Both the position numbers and the translations under genes were made by a program. From Microcoleaceae cyanobacterium (GTDB taxonomy: Bacteria > Cyanobacteriota > Cyanobacteriia > Cyanobacteriales > Microcoleaceae): 64,000 nt of DNA. Below are positions 20,456 through 30,345 of the stretch, piece after piece. Where the stretch lies: contig JBOFUV010000130.1 of NCBI GenBank assembly GCA_051652765.1, positions 1-64,000 on the forward strand. Reading direction: 5' to 3'. The notes beneath the pieces are model-generated. The model saw only the letters and a program-made list of their open reading frames with translations. It had not been told where the DNA came from and ran no database searches. Within the stretch, counting starts at the first letter, position 1. Every line of letters starts with the position of its first letter.

Positions 20456-21382
20456 CTACTGGCGCTTCCCTTGCAATAAGCCCTTGATTGCCGAACTGAG
20501 GTAGCCAATCTGCCCATAGGCATAAACAAAATTATCAAATCTTTGGGCCGGATCATGCCAATATTTCAGCGATTTGTACAGGCCGCGCACAATCCGTTCA
20601 CCACCCCGGCCCAACTGACCTACACCCGCTCGCCCTGACAACTGTTCCCGATAACACTCGCTAATACCTTGCCACCATCCCCGTTCTAGAAACCAGGATT
20701 GATTCACTCGTTCAGGGGCAACATTGTGGGCCACCAACGCCTCTGGCAAATAGACCACCTGCCAGCCTTGGTTCAGGGCGAGTTCCGTTGTCATCAATTC
20801 CTCGTTGGAGAGTAATCGCTTGCCGACCCGTCCCAGATTGAGATCGAATCCGCCAATGTGTTCTAGGAAACTGCGACGAATGGAGTAGTTCAGCCCCCGA
20901 GGGGTTAATCCTGGATGAGTGATATTTACCGGGTCTGGGCCTAAGTCATAGGCTCCCAAATTCCCCGCCAATCCAGGAGACAGCCAAACGGGTTCAGTGA
21001 CTCCAGGAGGCCAGATCAAGGTGACTTTTCCCCCCGCGATCGCCAATTTCTCATTGTCCTGATACGCTTGACACAAGACTTGTAACCACTGAGGACTGGC
21101 AACTGCATCATCATCTAAATAGGCAAGGATTGCACTTTGAGCTACTTTTGCCCCTCGATTGCGAGCTACGGACAGACCCGTTACAGGTTCATACACATAG
21201 TTCAGCCGGGGATGGGGCAAGCGGTCTTCAACAACCTCACGGGTGCGATCACTAGAAGCATTGTCCACCACAATCACTTCAAAGGCTGCAAAATCCTGGT
21301 TCAACAGGCTATCAATCGCAGCACCTAAATATTGGTCGCGGTTATGAGTACAAATGATGGCAGAAATTTCAGGGGCTGACAT
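20456..21382 (-). CDS. Glycosyltransferase family 2
   Basis: Motifs ISAIICTHNR, VVDNAS, GLSVARNRG and AYLDDDA. Confidence 0.92.
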   Translation of the reverse strand: MSAPEISAIICTHNRDQYLGAAIDSLLNQDFAAFEVIVVDNASSDRTREVVEDRLPHPRLNYVYEPVTGLSVARNRGAKVAQSAILAYLDDDAVASPQWLQVLCQAYQDNEKLAIAGGKVTLIWPPGVTEPVWLSPGLAGNLGAYDLGPDPVNITHPGLTPRGLNYSIRRSFLEHIGGFDLNLGRVGKRLLSNEELMTTELALNQGWQVVYLPEALVAHNVAPERVNQSWFLERGWWQGISECYREQLSGRAGVGQLGRGGERIVRGLYKSLKYWHDPAQRFDNFVYAYGQIGYLSSAIKGLLQGKRQ

Positions 21383-21525
21383 TGCAAGGAGTTCTTGGGG
21401 TTGAACAATTAATTGTTAGTATAGTGGGTTCTGGCCAGTCCTTCTTGAAGTTGTTAAAAGGCAAATGATTTCTGTTTCGACCGACTTAAAGTGTAGGAAA
21501 ATAGGATAAAGATTACTTATTTGCC

Positions 21526-22860
21526 ATGAGTTTACCTAGCTGTTTAATCATACGCAACGCTCGGATTCTTTTACCGACTGGAGAATTTTTATCAGGGGAC
21601 GTTAAAACTCAAGGTTCATCAATTGTTGAGATTGCACTCGAAATCACCTCAACAATTGATGACAATACCCTAGAAATTAATGCTCAAGGGTTAACGTTAC
21701 TCCCCGGAGTGATTGACCCTCAAGTCCATTTCCGAGAGCCGGGACTAGAATATAAAGAAGATTTGTTCACAGCGAGTTGTGCCTGTGCTAAGGGGGGAGT
21801 CACTTCCTTTTTGGAAATGCCAAATACTCGCCCGTTAACGACCACTCAAGCAGCTCTAGATGATAAACTGCAACGGGCCGCTCAAAAATGTTTAGTGAAT
21901 TACGGATTTTTCATCGGCGCAACGACGGAGATTTTACCTGATTTACTCACGGCCAATCCAACTCCTGGCATTAAGATTTTTATGGGATCAATGAAGGGAG
22001 ATTTACTCGTTGCTCAAGAACAAGCCCTAGAAGCTATCTTTGCCCAAGGCGATCGCCTAATCGCAGTTCATGCCGAGGATCAAGCCCGAATTCATCAGCG
22101 ACGACAGGAATTTGCTGGCATAACTGACCCTGCAATTCATTCTCAAATTCAGGACAATCAAGCGGCTCTCCTCGCGACTCAACTTGCCTTAAAACTATCC
22201 AAAAAATATCAGCGCAGACTGCATATTTTACATCTGTCTACAGGGGAAGAAGCTGAGTTATTACGTTACGATAAACCGGCTTGGGTAACGGCGGAAGTTA
22301 CCCCTCAACATTTACTCTTAAATACCAGCGCTTATCAAACCATTGGCACAAAAGCTCAAATGAATCCCCCCCTGCGATCGCCCAAAGACAATGAAGTTCT
22401 TTGGCAAGCGTTACTCGATGGTGTAATTGATTTTATTGCAACGGATCATGCCCCCCATACCTTAGAAGAAAAGGCCAAAAATTATCCCGATAGCCCTTCA
22501 GGAATGCCAGGGGTTGAGACTGCTTTGCCGTTAATGCTTACCCAAGCCATCCAGGGACGCTGCACGATTGATCAAGTCTCTCACTGGATGTCTACTGCTG
22601 TCGCAAAAGCCTATAACATTCCGAACAAAGGGTTAATTAAAACCGGTTATGATGCTGATTTAGTCTTAGTTGATTTGGAAACTTATCATCCAGTTTTACG
22701 AGCGGAATTACAAACTAAATGTGGTTGGAGTCCCTTTGAAGGATGGAGTTTAATCGGCTGGCCTGTCGTTACGATTGTGGGAGGAAAAATGGTTTATGAC
22801 CATGGCAAAATCAACCCAGACGTTCGAGGAAAACCCCTAGAGTTTTTAGCAGCAACTTGA
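21526..22860 (+). CDS. pyrC: Dihydroorotase (amidohydrolase superfamily)
   Basis: Motifs PGVIDPQVHFREPG, EMPNT, VHAED, MNPPLR and ATDHAPH. Confidence 0.88.
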   Translation: MSLPSCLIIRNARILLPTGEFLSGDVKTQGSSIVEIALEITSTIDDNTLEINAQGLTLLPGVIDPQVHFREPGLEYKEDLFTASCACAKGGVTSFLEMPNTRPLTTTQAALDDKLQRAAQKCLVNYGFFIGATTEILPDLLTANPTPGIKIFMGSMKGDLLVAQEQALEAIFAQGDRLIAVHAEDQARIHQRRQEFAGITDPAIHSQIQDNQAALLATQLALKLSKKYQRRLHILHLSTGEEAELLRYDKPAWVTAEVTPQHLLLNTSAYQTIGTKAQMNPPLRSPKDNEVLWQALLDGVIDFIATDHAPHTLEEKAKNYPDSPSGMPGVETALPLMLTQAIQGRCTIDQVSHWMSTAVAKAYNIPNKGLIKTGYDADLVLVDLETYHPVLRAELQTKCGWSPFEGWSLIGWPVVTIVGGKMVYDHGKINPDVRGKPLEFLAAT

Positions 22861-22969
22861 AAGAATCCCATCAGTAACCGGATTGAAACCCAATCCTATC
22901 GTCAGAGGCAAACTGGAGGAGTTGCCTCAAGCTAGTCTCTGTTCCAGAACCAGATTTAATCTTACCTAA

Positions 22970-24103
22970 CTAAGCATGAACCATGAGGAACTGCCCGTTA
23001 CCATTGATCTCGCCCCCACAACTCTCAAAGTTGGAAATAAACCACAGTAGATAAAAACGCCAAATGCGACGGAATTTATCGAAGTTTATCCCATAGTCTA
23101 GATCTTTAATATCATCGTAACTATCATCAAAGTTTTTCAGCCAACTTGCCAGGGTATTTGAATAATTCATCCCATTGAGATACCATCGCTTGATTGTTTT
23201 AAGATCGCTATTACAACTAGGAACCGCGTCGAAATTCCAGTAGCGACCATGGGGGAAAATATATTTATGGGTGTAAACGCTAGAGATGTTATTCGGTAAG
23301 CAAACCGTGATGATGTGAAGAAAAAACTTGCCCTCAGGCTTTAAGAAAGACGCAAGTTTTTTAAACCCATGAGTTAAATTTCCGACATGACAAAACACAC
23401 CCACGGAAAGAATCTTGTCAAATTGTTCTTCAAACTGAGCCGTGTTTAGATCCCCTTCAATTAAAGTGAATCGACCTGAACTAAGATAACTTTCAGGATC
23501 TTGCATCTTTTGACCCATGTATTCACACTGTTTGTGGCTCAGGTTTAGTCCTGTAAATTTGATATTTGGAAACTTAGACAGAATATAATTTGCAACACCG
23601 CCCCAACCGCATCCAAAATCCAGAATCGAGTCTCCATCTTGAATGTCAAGCTTTTCAATCATGTCATCGATCATCTGCATTTGAGATTGCTCAAGATCGG
23701 TAGCCCCTTTCTCCCATAATCCCATGCTGTATTTTGGGTAGATGAGTTTCGAGTCGCCCAGCATTTGATTTAACATACCTTGTGGCAGATCGTACTGGAT
23801 TTTCATCAAATCCTTGGCCCCTTCTGCCAGGTGATCGGTTTCTTGTAAGACCCATTCATAGGGAACCATCAAGGATGGAAAATACTTGAAAATGGCGGGC
23901 ATCACTGTATTAAATAGTGATTGCAGAACTGAGTCAGGAACTTCTAGTCCATTAATGTAAGACTCAGCAACCGCCATTTGAACTGCATTAAACACTTTGA
24001 TAATCCCGCGAGTGGCTTGATAAGCTAGGGGACTTTTAACAGTTGTATCACCAATAACCGGAATGTAGCGCTGGATATTCTGACCAATGGATATGGAATT
24101 CAT
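22970..24103 (-). CDS. Class I SAM-dependent methyltransferase, cyclopropane-fatty-acid-synthase-like family
   Basis: Motifs YPKYSMGLW, ILDFGCGWGG, GLNLSHKQ, KYIFPHG, NGMNYSNTL and FRRIWRFYL. Confidence 0.85.
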   Translation of the reverse strand: MNSISIGQNIQRYIPVIGDTTVKSPLAYQATRGIIKVFNAVQMAVAESYINGLEVPDSVLQSLFNTVMPAIFKYFPSLMVPYEWVLQETDHLAEGAKDLMKIQYDLPQGMLNQMLGDSKLIYPKYSMGLWEKGATDLEQSQMQMIDDMIEKLDIQDGDSILDFGCGWGGVANYILSKFPNIKFTGLNLSHKQCEYMGQKMQDPESYLSSGRFTLIEGDLNTAQFEEQFDKILSVGVFCHVGNLTHGFKKLASFLKPEGKFFLHIITVCLPNNISSVYTHKYIFPHGRYWNFDAVPSCNSDLKTIKRWYLNGMNYSNTLASWLKNFDDSYDDIKDLDYGINFDKFRRIWRFYLLWFISNFESCGGEINGNGQFLMVHA

Positions 24104-24460
24104 AACACAGTCTCCAGTAATTCTTGAAGAATAATTTCAGGATATCGTGGCGATATTATTCTTGAAAAACTCTTAACATTTCTTGAAAATTCTCCTAGTA
24201 CATTTTGCCTAGAAGATTTTTATAGAAATTTCATCAAAATCCTCTCAAAAATCTCTAAAAAACTTCTATTAAGACTTCTATTAAGACTTTGCAGCTTCAT
24301 AAGAACAGTCAGCAAGTAGGCACGATTAAGTAGAACATCCCCTGTAGTCTCCCTTGGTAAGGGGGATGGCGATCGCTTGGGGTTAGGCAAAGGCTTTATA
24401 TTCAAATGGATTGATTCCACCTACTTAGCCGTTCTAACACTGAATTTAGTATCAGTTAAC

Positions 24461-24511
24461 TTGGAGAACTATCTAAGTTGGAGAACTATCTAAGTTGGAG
24501 AATCATCCAAG
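24461..24511. repeat. 17-bp tandem repeat x3
   Basis: TTGGAGAACTATCTAAG twice, then TTGGAGAATCATCCAAG. Confidence 0.85.
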
Positions 24512-24694
24512 TTATTGAAGCTGTCAAGCGATGTTTATTGCAAAAAGTGTTCGTAGATTGCGTCTGACCGCTACAATAGAACGGTTGTACCTGCTGGCAA
24601 AGCATCTTATGGGCCAATTGCAGTTGCGGTTTCTCGTGTGAACTGTTTTTTGTATTGTTAAGCTTATTATTGCTAGTTCTTAAAACTAACAGAC

Positions 24695-25990
24695 ATGATT
24701 GAACGGTATACGCTGCCTGAAATGGGCAATCTCTGGACGGATGAATATAAGCTCAAAACCTGGTTACAAGTTGAAATTGCCGTGTGTGAAGCCCAAGCAG
24801 AGCTAGGCTACATTCCAGCAGAAGCCGTTGAAGAAATCAAAACTAAAGCTAAATTCAATCCTGAACGGGTTCTGGAGATTGAAGCAGAAGTTCGCCACGA
24901 CATGATTGCATTTCTCACCAACGTGAATGAATACGTGGGGGAAGCAGGGCGGTATATTCATTTGGGGTTAACCAGTTCAGACGTTCTGGATACAGCCCTG
25001 GCGTTGCAACTGGTCGCCAGCGTCGATGTGTTACTCGAACGGGTTGAGTGTTTGAGCCAGGTGATTCGCTATCAGGCTCAAAATCATCGGGACACGGTCA
25101 TGATTGGGCGATCGCACGGAATTCATGCTGAGCCTATGACCTTCGGGTTCAAATTAGCGGGATGGTTGGCCGAAGTCTGTCGCAATCGGGAACGCCTAGT
25201 CCGTCTGCGCCAGAACATTGCCGTGGGCAAAATTTCTGGCGCAGTTGGAACCTACGCCAATATCGAGCCCAAAGTCGAAGCCCTGGCCTGTCAGAAGCTA
25301 GGCTTACAGCCCGATGTTGCTTCAACTCAGGTGATCTCCCGCGATCGCCATGCCGAATATGTTCAAACCCTGGCATTATTGGGAGCTTCCATTGAACGAT
25401 TTGCCGTGGAAATTCGCAACTTGCAACGGACAGATGTTTTAGAAGTTGAAGAATTTTTTGCAGCGGGCCAGAAAGGGTCGTCTGCCATGCCCCATAAGCG
25501 CAACCCCATTCGGAGTGAGCGCCTGACCGGGCTAGCCCGAATTCTCCGAGGTCACACGATCGCTGCCCTAGAAAATGTTGCTCTCTGGCATGAACGGGAT
25601 ATTTCCCACAGTTCGGTGGAGCGAATGATCTTGCCAGATACATCAACGATCACCCATTTCATGTTAGTTGAAATCATTGATTTGGTGAAGTATCTGTTGG
25701 TTTATCCCGAAAATATGAAGCGGAACTTGAATGTCTATGGCGGGGTCGTATTTAGTCAGCGACTGTTGCTTGCCTTGGTGGAAAAAGGCATGGGTCGGGA
25801 GGATGCTTACCAGATTGTTCAGTCCTGCGCTCATCAAGTTTGGAATCAAACTAATGGAAATTTCCAAGCTTTAATTGCGGATCATGAGCAGATCAAAGCA
25901 AGCCTCTCACCAGATGAAATTGCAGCCTGTTTTGACCCTAGTTATCACTTAAGACATTTAGATGAAGTTTATCAGCGACTTGATATTTAA
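24695..25990 (+). CDS. purB: Adenylosuccinate lyase
   Basis: MIERYT start, HLGLTSSD, GRSHGIHAEP and the signature GSSAMPHKRNP. Confidence 0.97.
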   Translation: MIERYTLPEMGNLWTDEYKLKTWLQVEIAVCEAQAELGYIPAEAVEEIKTKAKFNPERVLEIEAEVRHDMIAFLTNVNEYVGEAGRYIHLGLTSSDVLDTALALQLVASVDVLLERVECLSQVIRYQAQNHRDTVMIGRSHGIHAEPMTFGFKLAGWLAEVCRNRERLVRLRQNIAVGKISGAVGTYANIEPKVEALACQKLGLQPDVASTQVISRDRHAEYVQTLALLGASIERFAVEIRNLQRTDVLEVEEFFAAGQKGSSAMPHKRNPIRSERLTGLARILRGHTIAALENVALWHERDISHSSVERMILPDTSTITHFMLVEIIDLVKYLLVYPENMKRNLNVYGGVVFSQRLLLALVEKGMGREDAYQIVQSCAHQVWNQTNGNFQALIADHEQIKASLSPDEIAACFDPSYHLRHLDEVYQRLDI

Positions 25991-26036
25991 CTTTTAACTG
26001 CTTTACTTAAAAAATTAGACTTAGAAAAATTAGATA

Positions 26037-26822
26037 ATGTTTTGGCAAGTTTTTCGGCAACTCATTCAACAGTTTATTCCACAGTTCATCTTGTCGCTCG
26101 TTGCAGTGCTAACTGTGATTGGATTGAACTTGACGGCCTGTACTTCTCGGGAAATTCAAGCCCAAGCGAATGGTTCAGAGGTCAATTCAGAACAACCCTC
26201 ACCCCCATCCCAGGAACCTTCTCCAGCAGAGTTGGCTCCTCAAATTCAGAGCTATTCTCAAGTTCCAGACTGGGCTCGGTTAGTAGATATTCAGCGAATT
26301 AATCCTAATATTCGTCTAGATGTTCGCTATGCAACCGCCAATAATTTTCTCAAGAAAAAACTGTATCCTGTGCCTCGATGTCTGTTGAGACAAGAGGTTG
26401 CTGAAAAGTTATCTGAAGTTCAGAAAGACTTAGAACAAATAGGATTAGGACTGAAGGTCTTTGATTGTTATCGGCCCTGGTCAGTCACAAAGCAGATGTG
26501 GGAAATTTTGCCAGATTCTCGTTATGTTGCCAACCCGGAACGGGGCTCGCGGCACAATCGGGGAGCCGCAGTGGATGTCACCCTGGTTGACTTGAAAACT
26601 GGAGAAGAACTGCTAATGCCAACCGAGTTTGACGACTTTACAGAGAAAGCAGCCAGGGATTATCCTGATCACGAGCCCCAAGTTCGCCGGAATAGTAATC
26701 TTTTAGGGTACAAGATGGAACGCCATGATTTTGAACCTTTGATTACAGAATGGTGGCATTTTGATGCAGTGGGTTGGCAAAAGTTTTCCATTCTTGATGT
26801 CCAACTTGATAAAGTTCCTTAG
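26037..26822 (+). CDS. ddpX: D-Ala-D-Ala dipeptidase (M15D, VanX/DdpX), predicted lipoprotein
   Basis: Motifs DVRYATANNF, FDCYRP, SRHNRGAAVD and EWWHF, plus an LTAC lipobox. Confidence 0.85.
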   Translation: MFWQVFRQLIQQFIPQFILSLVAVLTVIGLNLTACTSREIQAQANGSEVNSEQPSPPSQEPSPAELAPQIQSYSQVPDWARLVDIQRINPNIRLDVRYATANNFLKKKLYPVPRCLLRQEVAEKLSEVQKDLEQIGLGLKVFDCYRPWSVTKQMWEILPDSRYVANPERGSRHNRGAAVDVTLVDLKTGEELLMPTEFDDFTEKAARDYPDHEPQVRRNSNLLGYKMERHDFEPLITEWWHFDAVGWQKFSILDVQLDKVP

Positions 26823-26960
26823 CCTGCGACTAAAGAAAATATGTTATTGTTAAGAGCTATTAAACTTTTTGTTATTCAGATTACTTTTGACCTGTTAGTT
26901 TTCTGACCTGTTAGTTTTTTGAAGTGTAAATTATTGAACTGTAGGATGTTGAGCTGAACC

Positions 26961-28160
26961 ATGTGGAAACCTGAACTATTAGCTCCTGCAAGAAATTTAG
27001 AACGCCTAAAAGTTGCCATTACCTATGGCGCAGATGCAGTCTACGTTGGGGGGCAAAGCTATGGGTTACGGGCGCGAGCTGATAACTTTTCTAATCCTGA
27101 GCTGGAGTGTGGGGTTGCTTTTGCTCATCAGCATCAAGCCAAAGTTTATGTCACTCTGAATGCATTTTTGCATGATGAAGATTTTGCAGGGCTAGGATGC
27201 TATTGCCAGTTTCTGAATCGGATTGGAGTTGACGGCGTAATCGTTTCTGATTTGGGGGTAATTCGAGCCGTTCAGAATAGTTCTGATCTGAATGTTCACC
27301 TCTCTACTCAAGCCTCTTGTCTGAATGCTGCTGCCGGTCAACTGTGGCGGCAACTTGGCGTGAACCGTTTAATTTTAGGTCGGGAATTGAGTATCGCTGA
27401 AGGGGGAACTATTCGGGAACAATCTGGCGTTGATGTGGAAATGTTTGTCCATGGAGCCATGTGTATGGCCTATTCAGGTCATTGCACCATTTCTAACTTT
27501 ACTGCAGGCCGAGATTCCAATCGAGGAGGCTGTATTCAGTCTTGTCGGTTTCCCTATGAAGTTAGAGAACAAGAAGTTCCCGCCACTCAAACCACTGAAA
27601 CAACCTTTATGTCCTCAAAAGATCTGTGGGGAATTGATCAAATTAGTGCATTTTTTCAGCATCAAATTTGTTCCCTCAAGATTGAAGGGCGCATGAAGTC
27701 TTCTTTTTATGTGGCCATGACCTGTCGAGCTTACCGCCAGGGAATTGATGCCTATGCCGAGGGTCGATTAACCCCTGAATTACTCAGCCAACTGACAGCA
27801 GAGTTACAGTCTGTTCCCCATCGCGACTATACCTCAGCGTCTTTGGACACACCCGCCGGTCAAGACTCAATTTTTGAACAATCTGAGAGTCAAAGTACAG
27901 GCACTCATGATTATTTAGGAATTGTCGTAGAAACCACATCGGAAGAAGTGATTCTGCAATTATTTGAACCGTTAAAGTTAGGAGATGAACTCGAAATCAT
28001 CCCCCCTGAAGGAGATCCGATTCCCTGGCAAGTTAATCGATTTTTCTCGGTTCGAGGAGAATATCTAGAAACCATCCGCAAAGATACAATTGTTCGGTTA
28101 CCCAAGGATCATAAATTAAACAGCGTTCAAACGTTCAATGTTGTGCGTGTGGTTCGTTAA
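26961..28160 (+). CDS. U32 family Fe-S protein, TrhP/YrrO-like (probable tRNA hydroxylation)
   Basis: KPELLAPA, YGADAVYVGG, HLSTQA, the Cys motif HGAMCMAYSGHC...NRGGCIQSCR, and SLKIEGRMKS. Confidence 0.85.
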   Translation: MWKPELLAPARNLERLKVAITYGADAVYVGGQSYGLRARADNFSNPELECGVAFAHQHQAKVYVTLNAFLHDEDFAGLGCYCQFLNRIGVDGVIVSDLGVIRAVQNSSDLNVHLSTQASCLNAAAGQLWRQLGVNRLILGRELSIAEGGTIREQSGVDVEMFVHGAMCMAYSGHCTISNFTAGRDSNRGGCIQSCRFPYEVREQEVPATQTTETTFMSSKDLWGIDQISAFFQHQICSLKIEGRMKSSFYVAMTCRAYRQGIDAYAEGRLTPELLSQLTAELQSVPHRDYTSASLDTPAGQDSIFEQSESQSTGTHDYLGIVVETTSEEVILQLFEPLKLGDELEIIPPEGDPIPWQVNRFFSVRGEYLETIRKDTIVRLPKDHKLNSVQTFNVVRVVR

Positions 28161-28239
28161 TTGCTGACGAATAGCTTGTTAGCAGCTCACCTGGCTTTAG
28201 TCTGGTTAGACTGGAGTTTATTGAACTTGTGAGTTGGAA

Positions 28240-29442
28240 ATGCAATTTAATACATTTGCTGCTTCTCTGTCTGACCTAGAGCACTGTGCCCAGGCTCCTA
28301 ACCTACAAGAGGTGCTGTTGGAGCCTGTGTTGTTGGCGCGGCAGGGGCGACTTTCCCCAGAGCAGACCCAATCCTTAGCCCTTGCAGCCACAAAACGGGA
28401 GTTGAAGCCTGTGCTGGTTTGGGATGCCCTCATGCCAGAGCGGTTGATGCAGCCCACCTGTAACCAGCTTAAAACCTGGGATCTGACTCACTTTCAAGCC
28501 ATTCGAGTGTGCGATCCAGGGGTTGCTTGGTGGGTCAAAACTCACCTCCCTCAGATTCCGATTCAACTGATTGTCGAAGCTGGGAATCACAATTTGGCCG
28601 CTTTGCAAGGGTGGTGTGACCTCTTTCAAGGCTCCTTGGAACGGTTGGTGCTCTCGATTGAACTCACAGAACAAAAGCTGATGGAATACTGCCAAACCCT
28701 ACCTGTGGGCTGCGAAGTTTTGGGGGTGGGCCAAATTTTATTGTTTTATTCGCCGCGATCGCTCCTCTTGAATCATCTTCAAGCTCCTCACTTTGATCAA
28801 TCCGAGCCCAATCAGGAACGCTATCTGGAAGCAACAGTCGCCTCGGAGGAATCTGGAAATCGTCCTTTTCCTACGGTGGAAACCCACCATGGCACCTTGA
28901 TGTTTTTGGACAAAGATCAATTCATTCTCGATCAGTTAGCCCCCTTAAAACTTTCAGGGCTACACAGCATTCGGCTGGATTTGCGACACCTGGGTCAGGG
29001 GTATGATGTCGCGATGAACATTGATCAAATCTGTCAGCAAATTTTAGATAATCCCGTTGATTTACGGAAAAATTGGCCTAGACCAACCCGTTCGCCTTTC
29101 TTCAAAGCCAATCGAACGACCTCAATTTTCCCTCGCATCCGATCAAGGGGAAAACTTGCAGACTATCGGCAGCAAGATGAATGTCTTGCAGAGGTGCTGT
29201 CTGGAGAAAGCGGAAAATATGTAGTGTTCCAGAGCCTGCAAGCGTTTGCTATGGAGCAAGCCCAGAGCCTCATGCTGCCAACTGGGGAAACGGTGAGCAT
29301 TCCCGCAGACCTAATTTTTAAAATGCTGAATCACGAAGCGGTGACCCGGTGTGATCGGGATCAACTCTTGGTGACAGACTGGATCAAAAAAGCGGTTCCT
29401 GGTTCATTGCTCATGGCTCAACGTTTGGCTGAATCCAGTTAG
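28240..29442 (+). CDS. Divergent U32 family protein (YrrN-like partner, no Fe-S motif)
   Basis: Follows the first U32 gene. It has LERLVLSIELT, EVLGVGQILLFYSPRSLL and VETHHGTLMF...IRLD, matching the U32 barrel without the Cys cluster. Confidence 0.7.
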   Translation: MQFNTFAASLSDLEHCAQAPNLQEVLLEPVLLARQGRLSPEQTQSLALAATKRELKPVLVWDALMPERLMQPTCNQLKTWDLTHFQAIRVCDPGVAWWVKTHLPQIPIQLIVEAGNHNLAALQGWCDLFQGSLERLVLSIELTEQKLMEYCQTLPVGCEVLGVGQILLFYSPRSLLLNHLQAPHFDQSEPNQERYLEATVASEESGNRPFPTVETHHGTLMFLDKDQFILDQLAPLKLSGLHSIRLDLRHLGQGYDVAMNIDQICQQILDNPVDLRKNWPRPTRSPFFKANRTTSIFPRIRSRGKLADYRQQDECLAEVLSGESGKYVVFQSLQAFAMEQAQSLMLPTGETVSIPADLIFKMLNHEAVTRCDRDQLLVTDWIKKAVPGSLLMAQRLAESS

Positions 29443-29589
29443 CGTCAACCCAACCATTTCTAAACTAGGGTATTGACCTAGACAAACCACTAGACAGGGT
29501 TTTCCGAAGGTTTGTCAGCAGTCTAGTGAATTGTGACTACTACAAGAAGAATATTTTTTCAAGATGAGTACACATTTCTTAAAAATCTC

Positions 29590-29607
29590 GTTACAATTAT
29601 TAACATG
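29590..29607 (+). promoter_or_regulatory. HLR1-like (RpaB) site upstream of nblA
   Basis: GTTACAAT-TA-TTAACATG. Confidence 0.6.
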
Positions 29608-29697
29608 TGCGACAGTCAACGATTTCCCTTCGAGGGGTCAGTGACTAAAAATTCAAATCCAAAGGTTTCAACTCGTTGAAGAATATGGAGGTCAGTC

Positions 29698-29901
29698 ATG
29701 GATCAACAACTTTCTTTAGAGCAAGAATTTGAACTTAGATCCTTTGCTCAACGGATTCAAGATATCTCTGAAATTGAAGCCAAAGAGCTTCTGAGAGATT
29801 TGTATAAGCATAAATTAGTTCAGGAAAATGTCTTTCGCTATCTACTAAAAGATGCTTGGGGAATTGGCAAAGATACTAAGAAAGTGATGGATATCAGCTA
29901 G
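29698..29901 (+). CDS. nblA: Phycobilisome degradation protein NblA
   Basis: LSLEQEFELRSF...EAKELL..LY..KLVQEN...LLKDAWG, with a GGAGG RBS. Confidence 0.9.
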   Translation: MDQQLSLEQEFELRSFAQRIQDISEIEAKELLRDLYKHKLVQENVFRYLLKDAWGIGKDTKKVMDIS

Positions 29902-29997
29902 ACTTTTTGAGCAGATCAGTGCAGAACTTTAAGCCTGATTTTAATTGATATTCTGTTTGAGGATGAGCCAAGTTTGTCAAGATCTGAGGGAGGAAAA

Positions 29998-30231
29998 ATG
30001 GTCGTTCAACAGTCTGGTTCAGAGTTTTCATTGTATCGTCAGCAGCCTACAAGCAGCCTTGCAACCCTGTTTTTTATGATAGGAGCACTCCATCTTTATG
30101 GAGCCACACGTCGGTATTCTCTACGGAGATTAGTTTCAAGTGCAAGCTCTTGGCTAAATCACTTTGTTGAGGCTAGCTTACTGCTCATTGCTACTGTTGT
30201 TATTCTTGAACACTTTATTTTCCGAGCTTGA
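29998..30231 (+). CDS. Hypothetical small membrane protein
   Basis: GGAGGA RBS before ATG 29998 and two hydrophobic segments. Confidence 0.55.
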   Translation: MVVQQSGSEFSLYRQQPTSSLATLFFMIGALHLYGATRRYSLRRLVSSASSWLNHFVEASLLLIATVVILEHFIFRA

Positions 30232-30345
30232 TTTTTGCGAGTCAATGACTCAGTCATAGCTCTGTTCTAGAGAAGTTATGTTAACTTCCACAAGTTACGT
30301 CAGATTTCACTAAAAAATTTATTGAGTTACCAGGAAGGTTGAGCT

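Noticed and set aside
24461..24511. Possible CRISPR array (also considered for 52820-52867)
   Set aside because: The units are directly adjacent with no unique spacers, are too short, and no cas genes are present.
29530..29697. NtcA site upstream of nblA (also sought upstream of petH)
   Set aside because: No GTA-N8-TAC with correct spacing was found by eye.
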